Shown one piece after another: positions 1 to 9,844 of a DNA stretch of 49,766 bases; position 1 is the first letter of the stretch; each line of letters starts with the position of its first letter. Under the pieces are notes generated by a model. That model did not search any database. It was given only the letters and a program-made list of their open reading frames with translations, and was not told the origin of the DNA. The translations under genes and the position numbers were made by a program. This DNA is from Rikenellaceae bacterium (GTDB taxonomy: Bacteria > Bacteroidota > Bacteroidia > Bacteroidales > Rikenellaceae). Location: contig JAJBVQ010000260.1 in the NCBI GenBank assembly GCA_020859745.1, forward strand, positions 1-49,766, written 5' to 3'.

Positions 1-1
1 G

Positions 2-802
2 GTGACGGTGGTCGAATATGCGCCGAACCTGGCTCCGTTGGAGGACGAGGAGATCTCCAAGTTTCTGCAACGGTCCTTCCGCAAGGCTAAGATCGCGGTG
101 ATGACCGGCACGGAAGTAAAAAAGGTGATGGCGACCGAGAAAGAATGCCTGGTGGATGTAGTCGGCAAGAAGGGCGAACAGGTGTTGGAGGCGGATGTGG
201 TTTTGTCGGCGGTGGGGATCGCGGCCAATATCGAACATATAGGTTTGGAGGCGGCAGGTGTGGCGGTCGAACGGGGAAAGGTGATCGTGGACGAGCATTA
301 CCGGACGTCGGCGGAGGGAGTATATGCTATCGGGGATATCATTCCGACTCCGGCGCTGGCCCATGTGGCTACGGCGGAGGCGATCCATTGCGCCGAATTT
401 ATCGCAGGTCTTGGGCCGGAGCCGGTGAATTATGCGGTCGTGCCGTCATGTATTTACACGACGCCTGAGGTCTCTTCGGTGGGAATGACGGAGGCACAGG
501 CACTCGAAAGGGGGTATACGCTGCGGATCGGTAAATTTCCCTACACGGCGTCCGGAAAGGCGACGGCGGCGGGGAACCGCGACGGGATGGTGAAGCTGAT
601 CTTCGATGCGGATACGGATAAACTGTTGGGGGCGCACCTGTTCGGGCTGAACGTGACGGAGATGATCGCGGAACCGTCGCTGGGCATGACGCTCGGTACG
701 ACGGCCAAGGATATTATCCGGACGATCCATCCGCATCCGACCATGTCCGAAGGGATTATGGAGGCCGCCGCGGCCGCGCACGATGAGGCGATCCACTTAT
801 AG
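2..802 (+). CDS. lpdA: Dihydrolipoamide dehydrogenase, 5'-truncated by the window edge
   Basis: C-terminal part of a pyridine nucleotide-disulfide oxidoreductase: YAIGD, LAHVA, YTTPEVSSVG, HPHPTMSE. Confidence 0.85.
   Translation: MTVVEYAPNLAPLEDEEISKFLQRSFRKAKIAVMTGTEVKKVMATEKECLVDVVGKKGEQVLEADVVLSAVGIAANIEHIGLEAAGVAVERGKVIVDEHYRTSAEGVYAIGDIIPTPALAHVATAEAIHCAEFIAGLGPEPVNYAVVPSCIYTTPEVSSVGMTEAQALERGYTLRIGKFPYTASGKATAAGNRDGMVKLIFDADTDKLLGAHLFGLNVTEMIAEPSLGMTLGTTAKDIIRTIHPHPTMSEGIMEAAAAAHDEAIHL
486..508 (-). other. Pseudo-attB (tRNA-3'-like sequence) inside lpdA; left breakpoint of the duplication
   Basis: Reverse complement is TTCGAGTGCCTGTGCCTCCGTCA; 483-501 matches 41449-41467 at 15/19 positions; the repeat starts at AGGC 498-501. 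Confidence 0.65.
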
Positions 803-824
803 GCTCTTGTCCGTATGATATAAA

Positions 825-862
825 GGCCGGGACTTTCGATCTGAAAGTCCCGGCCACTTTTT
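825..862. terminator. Intrinsic terminator between convergent genes
   Basis: GGCCGGGACTTTC-gatct-GAAAGTCCCGGCC stem followed by a T run. Confidence 0.8.
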
Positions 863-2147
863 ACCGCTCGATCGTCACCAGTAGTTTGTCCACCCGGCTG
901 GCGTCCATATCGACCACCTCGAAACGGAGGTTGCGGTAATCGAACCGGTCCCCTTCGACGGGTATGCGTCCCAAAAGGAACATCGCCAAACCGCCCAACG
1001 TGTTGAAATCCTCTTTTTGCAGGTCGTCGAAAGCCACGATGCCCATCTCCTCCATAAAATCGTCCACGTTGTACGTCCCGTCTACCAGTATCGTGCCGTC
1101 CTCGCGGGTAACGTAACCCGGTTCGTCCATCTCCCCATTCTCGTCCGGCATCTCGCCCATAATGCTCTCGGCCAGGTCGTGCAGGGTGATGACTCCTTCG
1201 ATCACCCCGTATTCGCTGATGACCGCCGCAAAGCTGCATTTGTGCTGTTTGAACAATTCCAGCACCCGGTTGGCCTGCAGGTTCTCCGGCACCAGCAACG
1301 GTTCCGTGGCAATGGATCTCAGGTCGAACGCGGCCCCTTCGCGCCAGAGGCCGATAATGTCCTTGACGGAAACCGTCCCGATCACATCGGAAGTCGATTC
1401 CCCGCATAAAAGGTAACGGCTGTAGTGTGCCGTCGCTATGGTTTCCAGCACTTCGTCCCTGCTCTGCCGGGTGTAGAGATAGACTAGGTCTTTGCGGTGC
1501 GTCATCAACTCGTTGGCGTGCTTGTCCGTGAACCGGAACACGTCTTTGATCATCTCGGTCTCTTCTTTCTCCAGTATGCCCTGTTCGGTGCTTTGGCGGA
1601 TGATCATTTTGATTTCGTCTTCGGTCATGGAGCGGTCGTCGCCACCTTTGACACCGAGTATTTTATTAACCAGCCGGGTGGAGATGCTGAGCAGCCAGAC
1701 GAACGGATAGGAAATTTTGGTCAGCCCCCGCATCACCGGCGTCAGCGCGGTGGCTATCCGTTCCGGATTGTTCAGTGCGATGGACTTCGGGACCAGTTCG
1801 CCGATGATCAGGGAAAAATAGGTGATCAGTGCGACGACCGTGATCATTGAGAGATCGCGGGCATACGGCTTCAGAAATGCCACCCGTTCAAAAAGCGGCT
1901 TCACGTCGTCGGCCAGCGCCACGCCCCCGAAAGCCCCGGAGACGATACCGATCAGCGTGATGCCGATCTGGATGGTGGAGAGGATTTTTTCCGGTTCATC
2001 CAGCAGCCGGAGGGTGGTCTCCGCTTTGCGGCTGCCCCGTGCCGCTTCGTTTTTGAGGCGGGCCCTGCTGCTCGATACCAGTGCGATCTCGTACATGGCG
2101 AATACCCCGTTCAAAAGGAGCAGCAGGACGATTATGACAATTTCCAT
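861..2147 (-). CDS. HlyC/CorC (hemolysin-family) transporter: DUF21/CNNM + CBS pair + CorC domain
   Basis: LLNGVFAMYEIALVSS, STIQIGIT, GELVPKSIAL, CBS motifs, C-terminal TLGG...FEVVDMD. Confidence 0.9.
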   Translation of the reverse strand: MEIVIIVLLLLLNGVFAMYEIALVSSSRARLKNEAARGSRKAETTLRLLDEPEKILSTIQIGITLIGIVSGAFGGVALADDVKPLFERVAFLKPYARDLSMITVVALITYFSLIIGELVPKSIALNNPERIATALTPVMRGLTKISYPFVWLLSISTRLVNKILGVKGGDDRSMTEDEIKMIIRQSTEQGILEKEETEMIKDVFRFTDKHANELMTHRKDLVYLYTRQSRDEVLETIATAHYSRYLLCGESTSDVIGTVSVKDIIGLWREGAAFDLRSIATEPLLVPENLQANRVLELFKQHKCSFAAVISEYGVIEGVITLHDLAESIMGEMPDENGEMDEPGYVTREDGTILVDGTYNVDDFMEEMGIVAFDDLQKEDFNTLGGLAMFLLGRIPVEGDRFDYRNLRFEVVDMDASRVDKLLVTIER

Positions 2148-2196
2148 TGTGCGGTAACGGTTTTAAAAAGTGTTACCGGGCTAATATAGCGATTTT

Positions 2197-3168
2197 TTAC
2201 GGATGCACAACAGTCTCTTCGTCGTCGATAAGCGTTTCGTCCTCTTTGGTGATCGTGACTTTGTTGTTGTCCTTTTCCGCGCACGAGATACGCAGCAGTT
2301 TGTTGTATTTCCTTTTGCAGGTGATCGGTGCGGACGGTTCGCGTAGGATCAGCCTCGATCCGTCGCCTTTGATCCAGGTGATGGTCGTTGGAATGGCTTC
2401 CGAGTAGCCGTCGGCTGTCCAGTCATCAGAACTCAGCGAATGCTCGAACGTAAATATCCGTTTGGTAACCGCTGTCGGGTTATCCGGCGTAACGGTCAGT
2501 TTCGGGGCTCCGTCCATTTCGATCTCTAAGGAGCCTTCCGTGAAATCTTCCGGGACGACAGTCAGGCCGAAGCATACCCATTTCATGTGGATGGTCAGAT
2601 CGACGTTTTCGCTGGGAGTGATTTCGGTGACGCCGTAGAACCTGCTCACCGGCGGACGGTTATACCCCTTCGATCCCTCCTGCTGTCCGGCGAGCACGGC
2701 ATAACCCGAATTCAGTTGATTGATGTAATTGCCGACCCCGACCACGAATTCGTTGGTCACCTTGCCCGGGCCGGCGTTGAATCCGCCGAGCAGGAACGGT
2801 TCCCGGTAGCCACCGTTATCGCCTCTGGCAATGACCGATGCCCCGTCGGGCACCATCGTCATTTCGATTTTGTAGGTCGCCCCCGCAGGCAATTCGACGG
2901 ATATTCCGTTCTCGTCGTCGAAAATACCGTATGCGTATTTGCTGTAATTGTTTATGACCTTCTTGTATATCTGAACGGCGTATATGTCATTCGGATAACC
3001 TTTGACCATCGTCAGCGGAGAATCCTCCTCACTGATACGCTCCCGGTCGATATTCAGCCTGATAGTGTATTTAGGCCCACCGGGCAAAGGTTCGGGCTTA
3101 TCCATGCGGCAACCGGCCAATGCGGCTGACAGTAAAAACAATAACGTCGGTATGTAAATATGTTTCAT
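2197..3168 (-). CDS. Hypothetical lipoprotein
   Basis: 323-aa ORF with signal peptide and lipobox LAGC at residue 20. Confidence 0.75.
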   Translation of the reverse strand: MKHIYIPTLLFLLSAALAGCRMDKPEPLPGGPKYTIRLNIDRERISEEDSPLTMVKGYPNDIYAVQIYKKVINNYSKYAYGIFDDENGISVELPAGATYKIEMTMVPDGASVIARGDNGGYREPFLLGGFNAGPGKVTNEFVVGVGNYINQLNSGYAVLAGQQEGSKGYNRPPVSRFYGVTEITPSENVDLTIHMKWVCFGLTVVPEDFTEGSLEIEMDGAPKLTVTPDNPTAVTKRIFTFEHSLSSDDWTADGYSEAIPTTITWIKGDGSRLILREPSAPITCKRKYNKLLRISCAEKDNNKVTITKEDETLIDDEETVVHP

Positions 3169-3368
3169 GGTGTTGGGACTATCTTATTCTTCAAACTTAC
3201 AGTATTATACCGAAATATTATATTATTTTCACCTTTAGGAGAAGATAAATGTCCATATGTATTATATAACAACATTTTTATAGTATGAAATATTGTGACG
3301 AGGGTAATTTGTAATCGAGAGACTTAGCCGAATTTTTTATAATTTTGGCACCGCTGGATAAAATAGGT

Positions 3369-6300
3369 ATGATCGGAAAAACGATGATTCAGGATATTGT
3401 CCGGGCAGGTTTGGATGTGGGATCGACCACTGCCAAACTGGTCCTGGTCGGCGAGCAGGGAGAAATTCTCCACTCGGCTTATAAACGCCACCACGCGGAT
3501 GTGTTGGGAACTGCCGCCGCATTGTTTTCCGAGGTCCTGGAACATTTCGGCGACCGCCGGGTGCTCCTGACCGTCACCGGATCGGCGGGCATGGGGATTG
3601 CCGAACGGTTTTTGTTGCCTTTCGAGCAGGAGGTCGTGGCGGCGACGAACCTGATCCGGGCCGTCTATCCGGATATCAAAACCTTGATCGACATCGGAGG
3701 AGAAGATGCCAAAATGGTCTTTTTCCCGGAAGAGGCTTTGCCCGACATGCGGATGAGCGGGAATTGCGCGGGAGGTACGGGCGCGTTTATCGACCAGATG
3801 GCCACCCTTTTGGGGTGTACGGTCGATGAGATGGGGGAGATGGCCATGCTGCCCGGTACGAAGATCCATCCGATCGCTTCGCGCTGCGGCGTGTTTTCCA
3901 AAACCGACATTCAAAACCTGATCGCGCGGAATGTGAGCAAGGCCGACGTGTCGGCTTCGGTGTTCCACGCGGTGGCTGTTCAGACGGTGACCACCCTCTC
4001 CCACGGGTTCAGCGTGCAGCCCAAAGTGCTTTTCTGCGGGGGGCCGTTCGCTTTCACTCCGGCCCTGCGGGTGGCTTTCGTCCGCTATCTGGGACTCAGG
4101 GAGGATGAATATATTGTGCCGGAGAACGCTCCGGTTATTTCGGCGTGGGGGGCTGCCCTTTCGCCGTCCAAAGCTGAAAAAGGCATTCTGCTGTCCGGGT
4201 TTATCGAAGACCTGAAGCGCGGAGACCGGAACGGGAACCTGGTGCAGACAAACCGTTTGGAGCCGTTGTTCCGGGACGAGTCCGAACTCTCGGAATGGGA
4301 GTCGGCGAAGAAGGAGACCCGTATAGCGAGAATTTCGCTGGAGGATTGCGACGGCGGGTGCTATCTGGGGATAGATTCCGGTTCCACGACCACGAAGATC
4401 GTGGCGATCGACAGTCGGGAGCGTATCGTCTTTTCATATTACGCCAATAACGAGGGAAACCCGATCGCGGCGGCGCAAAAAGGGTTGCGGCAATTCCTGA
4501 CCGAAGCGGAGAAGGCCGGGAAGCCGATCCGCATCCAGGGCAGTTGCTCGACCGGTTATGGAGAGGATTTGCTGAGGGCCGCATTCGGGCTGGGTGGCGG
4601 GATCATCGAAACGATAGCCCACTACCTGGCGGCGCGGAAAGTCGATCCGGAGGTGTCGTTTATCCTGGACATTGGCGGGCAGGACATGAAAGCGCTTTTC
4701 GTCGAGAACGGGGCACTTTACCGGGTCGAGATCAACGAGGCCTGTTCGTCGGGGTGCGGCTCTTTCATATCGGCTTTCGCCGGATCGTTGCAGCATTCGG
4801 TTTCGGACTTCGCTTCGATGGCCTGCACCGCCGGGGCGCCGTGCGACCTGGGGACGCGCTGCACGGTCTTTATGAACTCCAAAGTCAAGCAATTCCTGCG
4901 CGAAGGGGCTTCGGTTCCGGATATTTCGGCGGGGCTGGCCTACTCGGTGGTCAAGAACTGCCTGTACAAAGTGCTGAAACTGAAAAACCTGTCGGAGCTG
5001 GGGGGCCATGTGGTCGTTCAGGGCGGCACGATGCGGAACCGTTCGATCGTGCGGGCTTTCGAAAAGCTGGCGGGCGTACCGGTGGCGTTCACCGATATTC
5101 CGGAACTGATGGGCGCGCTGGGATGTGCGCTGTATGCGAAATCGCAGGCGACGGGCGGGAAAGGCGTCTTGTTGTCGCAGATCTTGCAAACGACTGACTT
5201 CACTTCCCGGCAGACGCAGTGCAAGGGGTGCGAAAACCAGTGTTATGTGACCCGCTATACATTCAACAACGGGAACGTCTATTATTCGGGAAACAAGTGC
5301 GAAAAGGTATTCACCAACCGGGGCGCGGAGAGCCGGACGGGGGATAACGTTTATCCGCAGAAATACGAGCTGCTGTTCGGCCGCGAAACCGCCGGAACCG
5401 GCCAGACCAGGCCGCTGACCATCGGCATTCCCCGGATACTGGGCATGTACGAGGACTACCCTTTCTGGCATGCTTTGTTCACCGCCTGCGGCTTCGGCGT
5501 CATGCTCTCCGAACCGTCCACGATGCGCAAATACGAAACCGGGGTCAATTCGGTGATGTCGGACAATATCTGTTTCCCGGCCAAGCTGGCGCACAGCCAT
5601 ATACTGGACTTGATCGAGCGCAAGGCGGATCGCATCTTTTATCCCTTTACCATATTCGAACAGCGTGACGGAGCACAGGAGAACAACAGTTTCAACTGCC
5701 CGGTGGTAACCGGGTATGCCGAAGTGCTGAAAAACTCGATCGACCCGGAAGGGAAATGCGGGATTCCGTTCGATGCGCCGACCATTACTTTCAAAAGCGC
5801 GAAGGGGCTGCGGCGGGGCTGCCTCGATTACTTGCGGACGCTGGGCGTACCCGATGCGACCGTGAAAAAGGCGGTGGACAAGGCTTTACAGGCGCAGGAC
5901 GATTACCGGGCGCGGATCAAGACCATGAACCTCCGTCTTTTCGAGCGCAGCAAGCGGAAAGGTGAGCTGACCGTGCTTCTGGCCGGAAGGCCGTACCATA
6001 CCGACCCGCTGATCCAGCATAAGCTGTCGGACATGATCGCGGGGTTCGGGGTCAACGTCATTTCGGAGGATATCGTCCGGAACGACGATTCGGTGGACAT
6101 CAGCCGTATCCATTCAGTGCCGCAGTGGAGCTACGTGAACCGGATCCTCAAGGCGGCTCAATGGGTGGCTGAACAGGGCGACGATATCCATTTCGTGCAG
6201 ATGACCTCGTTCGGCTGCGGCCCGGACGCTTTCCTGCTGGACGAAGTGCGGGCCGTCCTGAAACGGTACGGCAAGACGCTGACGATCCTGAAGATCGACG

Positions 6301-7646
6301 ACGTGAACAATATCGGGTCGCTGCGCCTGCGCGTGCGGTCGCTGATCGAGAGCCTGAAATTCAAGGCGGGGACGAAAGCGGACGAATTGCAGCCTTTCGT
6401 GACCACGAAACCGTTCAACAAGGCGGAACGGAAACGCAAACTGCTGCTGCCCCACTTCTCGGATGCCCATGTCGAGGTGATCGAAGCCCTGTTCCATGCG
6501 GCGGGTTACGACGCGGAGACGCTGCCCCGGCCGGACGGAGCGACGGTGGACTGCGGTCTGAAATACGCCAACAACGAGGTCTGCTATCCTGCGACTTTGG
6601 TGGTGGGCGACATGGTGAAGGCACTGGAATCGGGCAGGTACGATCCCGACCGCGTGGCGGTGGTCATGACGCAGACCGGGGGCCAGTGCCGGGCGACGAA
6701 CTACCTGACGCTTCTCAAAAAAGCGGTCGTGGATGCCGGCTATCCGCAGGTGCCGGTCATTTCATTGAACTCAGGAGGGCCTGTGGAAGCGGGATTGAAG
6801 ATCAACTGGTTCAAGGTCGCGCCGGTTGCCTTGGCTGCCTTGCTGTATGGGGACTGCATAGCCAAGTTGTATTACGCCTCCGTCATCCGGGAACGGACGC
6901 AAGGGGATGCGGAAAGGCTCCGGAAACATTACTTAGCGGAGGCGGTGCCTTATATCGAATGCAGGGATACCGATGCGCTGTTCCGGCTGCTGGGGGACGC
7001 GGCCGGAGCGTTCGACAAGATCGTTGCGACCGATACGGCGCCGCGCGCCAAGGTGGGGGTCGTCGGGGAAATTTACCTGAAACTCAACTCGTTCAGTCAC
7101 AAAGATATCCTGCATTGGCTGGCCGGAGAAGGGATCGAGGTGATCCCTCCGACGATCGTTAATTTCTTCATGCAGGCTTTCGTGAACCGAAAGGTCAATA
7201 AAAAGGCGCACCTTACGGATTCATCGCTCGTGCCGGAATTCGTTATCGACCGGCTCTACCGCTGGGCGGACGGCTATGTGAAGCGTGCGAACCGGATTTG
7301 CAGCGCGTTCCGGTACTATGTTCCTTTCGGCAATATTTTCGAAGAGGCGGACGAGGCGTCCGGACTGGTACCCCTTACAGCGCAGTTCGGCGAAGGTTGG
7401 CTCATCGCGGCCGAAATGGCGGGGTTCGCCCGGTCGGGTGTCAACCACGTCATCAGCCTCCAGCCGTTCGGATGTATCGCCAACCATATCGTATCCAAGG
7501 GGATCGAGAAAAAGGTGCGGGATATGTTTCCGCAGATGAGCCTGCTCTTCCTCGATTTCGACAGCGGGGTGAGCGAGGTGAACGTGCTGAACCGACTGCA
7601 CTTGATGGTCAACAACCTCAAACAGCCGGAAAAGGTCAGTGTCTGA
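3369..7646 (+). CDS. Acyl-CoA dehydratase activase-related multidomain protein (two BcrAD/BadFG ATPase domains + DUF2229 + dehydratase-like region)
   Basis: GLDVGSTT and GIDSGSTT, IDIGGED and LDIGGQD, CAGGTG and CSSGCG, CFPAK, SFGCGPD. Start at ATG 3369 or 3384, since the TTG at 3345 overlaps a TAATTTTG promoter box. Confidence 0.85.
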   Translation: MIGKTMIQDIVRAGLDVGSTTAKLVLVGEQGEILHSAYKRHHADVLGTAAALFSEVLEHFGDRRVLLTVTGSAGMGIAERFLLPFEQEVVAATNLIRAVYPDIKTLIDIGGEDAKMVFFPEEALPDMRMSGNCAGGTGAFIDQMATLLGCTVDEMGEMAMLPGTKIHPIASRCGVFSKTDIQNLIARNVSKADVSASVFHAVAVQTVTTLSHGFSVQPKVLFCGGPFAFTPALRVAFVRYLGLREDEYIVPENAPVISAWGAALSPSKAEKGILLSGFIEDLKRGDRNGNLVQTNRLEPLFRDESELSEWESAKKETRIARISLEDCDGGCYLGIDSGSTTTKIVAIDSRERIVFSYYANNEGNPIAAAQKGLRQFLTEAEKAGKPIRIQGSCSTGYGEDLLRAAFGLGGGIIETIAHYLAARKVDPEVSFILDIGGQDMKALFVENGALYRVEINEACSSGCGSFISAFAGSLQHSVSDFASMACTAGAPCDLGTRCTVFMNSKVKQFLREGASVPDISAGLAYSVVKNCLYKVLKLKNLSELGGHVVVQGGTMRNRSIVRAFEKLAGVPVAFTDIPELMGALGCALYAKSQATGGKGVLLSQILQTTDFTSRQTQCKGCENQCYVTRYTFNNGNVYYSGNKCEKVFTNRGAESRTGDNVYPQKYELLFGRETAGTGQTRPLTIGIPRILGMYEDYPFWHALFTACGFGVMLSEPSTMRKYETGVNSVMSDNICFPAKLAHSHILDLIERKADRIFYPFTIFEQRDGAQENNSFNCPVVTGYAEVLKNSIDPEGKCGIPFDAPTITFKSAKGLRRGCLDYLRTLGVPDATVKKAVDKALQAQDDYRARIKTMNLRLFERSKRKGELTVLLAGRPYHTDPLIQHKLSDMIAGFGVNVISEDIVRNDDSVDISRIHSVPQWSYVNRILKAAQWVAEQGDDIHFVQMTSFGCGPDAFLLDEVRAVLKRYGKTLTILKIDDVNNIGSLRLRVRSLIESLKFKAGTKADELQPFVTTKPFNKAERKRKLLLPHFSDAHVEVIEALFHAAGYDAETLPRPDGATVDCGLKYANNEVCYPATLVVGDMVKALESGRYDPDRVAVVMTQTGGQCRATNYLTLLKKAVVDAGYPQVPVISLNSGGPVEAGLKINWFKVAPVALAALLYGDCIAKLYYASVIRERTQGDAERLRKHYLAEAVPYIECRDTDALFRLLGDAAGAFDKIVATDTAPRAKVGVVGEIYLKLNSFSHKDILHWLAGEGIEVIPPTIVNFFMQAFVNRKVNKKAHLTDSSLVPEFVIDRLYRWADGYVKRANRICSAFRYYVPFGNIFEEADEASGLVPLTAQFGEGWLIAAEMAGFARSGVNHVISLQPFGCIANHIVSKGIEKKVRDMFPQMSLLFLDFDSGVSEVNVLNRLHLMVNNLKQPEKVSV

Positions 7647-7668
7647 TGCGGCCGTCTGCGTCCGGTTA

Positions 7669-7684
7669 CGGCCCGGATGTTGCA
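7669..7684 (+). promoter_or_regulatory. Putative sigma-54 (-24/-12) promoter upstream of malic enzyme
   Basis: CGGCCCGGATGTTGCA fits GG-N10-GC with TTGCA. Confidence 0.4.
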
Positions 7685-7754
7685 GGCGCTTGCAAAATAA
7701 ACGGGAGGGCGGTCCGTTTCAATAAAAGTACATTCAAACCCGAAAGAACAGCTT

Positions 7755-9050
7755 ATGAAGAACCTGAAAGAAGAAGCATTGCGTTACCACAGCTCCGCTC
7801 CCAAAGGCAAATTGGGGGTGGTGCCGACCAAACCCTATATGACCCAGCACGACCTGTCGCTGGCCTACACGCCCGGCGTGGCGGTTCCTTGCATGGAGAT
7901 TTACGACGACCCGGAGAAAGCCTACGAATACACGGGGAAAGAGAACCTGGTGGCCGTGATTTCGAACGGGACGGCGGTCTTGGGGCTGGGCGACATCGGG
8001 CCGTTGGCGTCGAAACCGGTGATGGAGGGAAAAGGGCTGCTGTTCAAAGTTCTGGCCGGAATCAACGTTTACGATATCGAGATCGACACGTCGGACGTGG
8101 ACCAGTTCGTGCAGACGGTCAAGATGATCGCCCCGACCTTCGGCGGGATCAACCTGGAGGATATCAAGGCTCCCCAGTGCTTCGAGATAGAGCGGCGGCT
8201 CAAAGAGGAGCTCGACCTGCCCCTGATGCACGACGACCAGCACGGAACGGCGATCATCACGTCGGCGGCCATGCTCAATGCGCTGGACATCGTGGGAAAA
8301 AAGATCGGGGAGATCAAGGTCGTGGTCAACGGCGCCGGTGCGGCGGCTACCGCTTGTGCGAAGCTCTACCTTTCGTTGGGTGTGAAGGCGGAAAATCTGG
8401 TGATGTGCGACAGCAAAGGGGTGATCAATAAAAAACGGACAGGGCTGTCGCCCGAGAAGGCGCAGTTCGCGACCGACCGGGATATCGACACGCTGGCCGA
8501 GGCGCTGGTCGGGGCGGATCTGTTCCTGGGCGTGTCGAAAGCGGGTGTGCTGAAAGGCGAGATGGTCAAGACCATGGCCAAAGATCCGATCGTCTTCGCT
8601 TTGGCCAATCCCGACCCGGAGATTCCGTACGACGAAGCCAAGGCTTCGCGTCCGGATCTTATCTTCGCCACGGGCCGGAGCGACTACCCCAATCAGGTGA
8701 ACAATGTGATCGGCTTCCCTTATATATTCCGCGGGGCTATGGACGTGCGGGCCACGGCGATCAACGAGGAGATGAAGATCGCTGCCGCGCGGGCCATCGC
8801 CAGTCTGGCGAAACAGCCGGTCACCGGCGAAGTGCTGGCCGCATATAACTTAGACGAATTGGCGTTCGGGCGGGAATATCTGATCCCGAAGCCGCTGGAC
8901 AAACGGTTGCTGACCGTGGTTTCGATCGCCGTGGCGAAGGCCGCGATCGAGTCCGGCGTAGCCACGCGGGTCATCACCGATTGGGATACCTATGCCGCCG
9001 AACTGGTGTGCATGTTGGCGAGGGTGCATAAGCACTCCATACTGAGATAA
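7755..9050 (+). CDS. NAD(P)-dependent malic enzyme without the C-terminal PTA domain
   Basis: [60 protein letters not shown]. Confidence 0.92.
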   Translation: MKNLKEEALRYHSSAPKGKLGVVPTKPYMTQHDLSLAYTPGVAVPCMEIYDDPEKAYEYTGKENLVAVISNGTAVLGLGDIGPLASKPVMEGKGLLFKVLAGINVYDIEIDTSDVDQFVQTVKMIAPTFGGINLEDIKAPQCFEIERRLKEELDLPLMHDDQHGTAIITSAAMLNALDIVGKKIGEIKVVVNGAGAAATACAKLYLSLGVKAENLVMCDSKGVINKKRTGLSPEKAQFATDRDIDTLAEALVGADLFLGVSKAGVLKGEMVKTMAKDPIVFALANPDPEIPYDEAKASRPDLIFATGRSDYPNQVNNVIGFPYIFRGAMDVRATAINEEMKIAAARAIASLAKQPVTGEVLAAYNLDELAFGREYLIPKPLDKRLLTVVSIAVAKAAIESGVATRVITDWDTYAAELVCMLARVHKHSILR

Positions 9051-9052
9051 AG

Positions 9053-9082
9053 AAGGGCCGGTTTTCAGACCGGCCCTTTTTT
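9053..9082. terminator. Bidirectional intrinsic terminator
   Basis: AAGGGCCGGT-tttcag-ACCGGCCCTT then T run, between convergent genes. Confidence 0.8.
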
Positions 9083-9746
9083 ATTTGACGATTACCTGCG
9101 GCAACGCTTTCTGGAGCCACTCTTTATCCACGGTGTGGTAGTGGTACGGATAGAGATATTTCGGCTCGATGATCTTGGCGGCCTCAATAAATTCCTCCTC
9201 ATTCATCGTGAACGGCAGCATCAGCGGCAGGAAAGCGATATAAATGAAATTGATCTTCCGCATCTCCGGCGTCAGCTCCGTGTCCCCGGCAATGTAGATC
9301 CGCTTGTCGTCCACGGTCAGGATATAGCCGTTGCCGACTCCCTGCGGATGGAAAGGTTGTCCCGGCGCACGTTCGCGCACGATATTATAGGCCGGCACTG
9401 CGTCGATGCGGATCAGGTCTTTGTATTCCGTGCTATCTCCGTTGGCCAGCGTGACGATCTCCTGTTCGAAACCGTCTTCCCGGAGTAGCTCCGCCACTTT
9501 CGGCGGGGCGATAAACGTCGTTGCGGGGGTGGCGATCTGCCGGATGGCGTCCGGATCGTAATGATCGTAGTGGTCGTGGGTGATCAGGATGGCCGTCGCC
9601 TCGGGAAGCGCCGAATAATCGGCCGTTTCGCTGTACGGATCGACAGCGATCAATTCATCTTTATAACCCAGGTAAAGGGAGGCGTGCCCGACGAGGGTCA
9701 CGCTGATCTCGCCGTAGCGGTCGGTGGTGTTCGGAAGTGTTCTCAT
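9081..9746 (-). CDS. MBL-fold metallo-hydrolase
   Basis: GHAS, VDPY, THDHYDH, YIAGDT, PYHY; likely start MRTLPN at 9746. Confidence 0.85.
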   Translation of the reverse strand: MRTLPNTTDRYGEISVTLVGHASLYLGYKDELIAVDPYSETADYSALPEATAILITHDHYDHYDPDAIRQIATPATTFIAPPKVAELLREDGFEQEIVTLANGDSTEYKDLIRIDAVPAYNIVRERAPGQPFHPQGVGNGYILTVDDKRIYIAGDTELTPEMRKINFIYIAFLPLMLPFTMNEEEFIEAAKIIEPKYLYPYHYHTVDKEWLQKALPQVIVK

Positions 9747-9760
9747 GGTGCCAGTAAAAA

Positions 9761-9777
9761 TAGCATTTTTCATGCCG
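9761..9777 (-). promoter_or_regulatory. Putative sigma-54 promoter of the MBL hydrolase
   Basis: Minus strand CGGCATGAAAAATGCTA fits GG-N10-GC. Confidence 0.35.
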
Positions 9778-9844
9778 AATTCCGAAAAAAGTTGGAAGTC
9801 CGAATAAAAAGCGTACATTTACACCGTATACTTAAAGTCGTTTA

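Noticed and set aside
7298-8431. 377-aa ORF bridging activase and malic enzyme, and similar overlapping Arg/Gly-rich ORFs
   Set aside because: Alternative-frame artefacts overlapping well-supported genes
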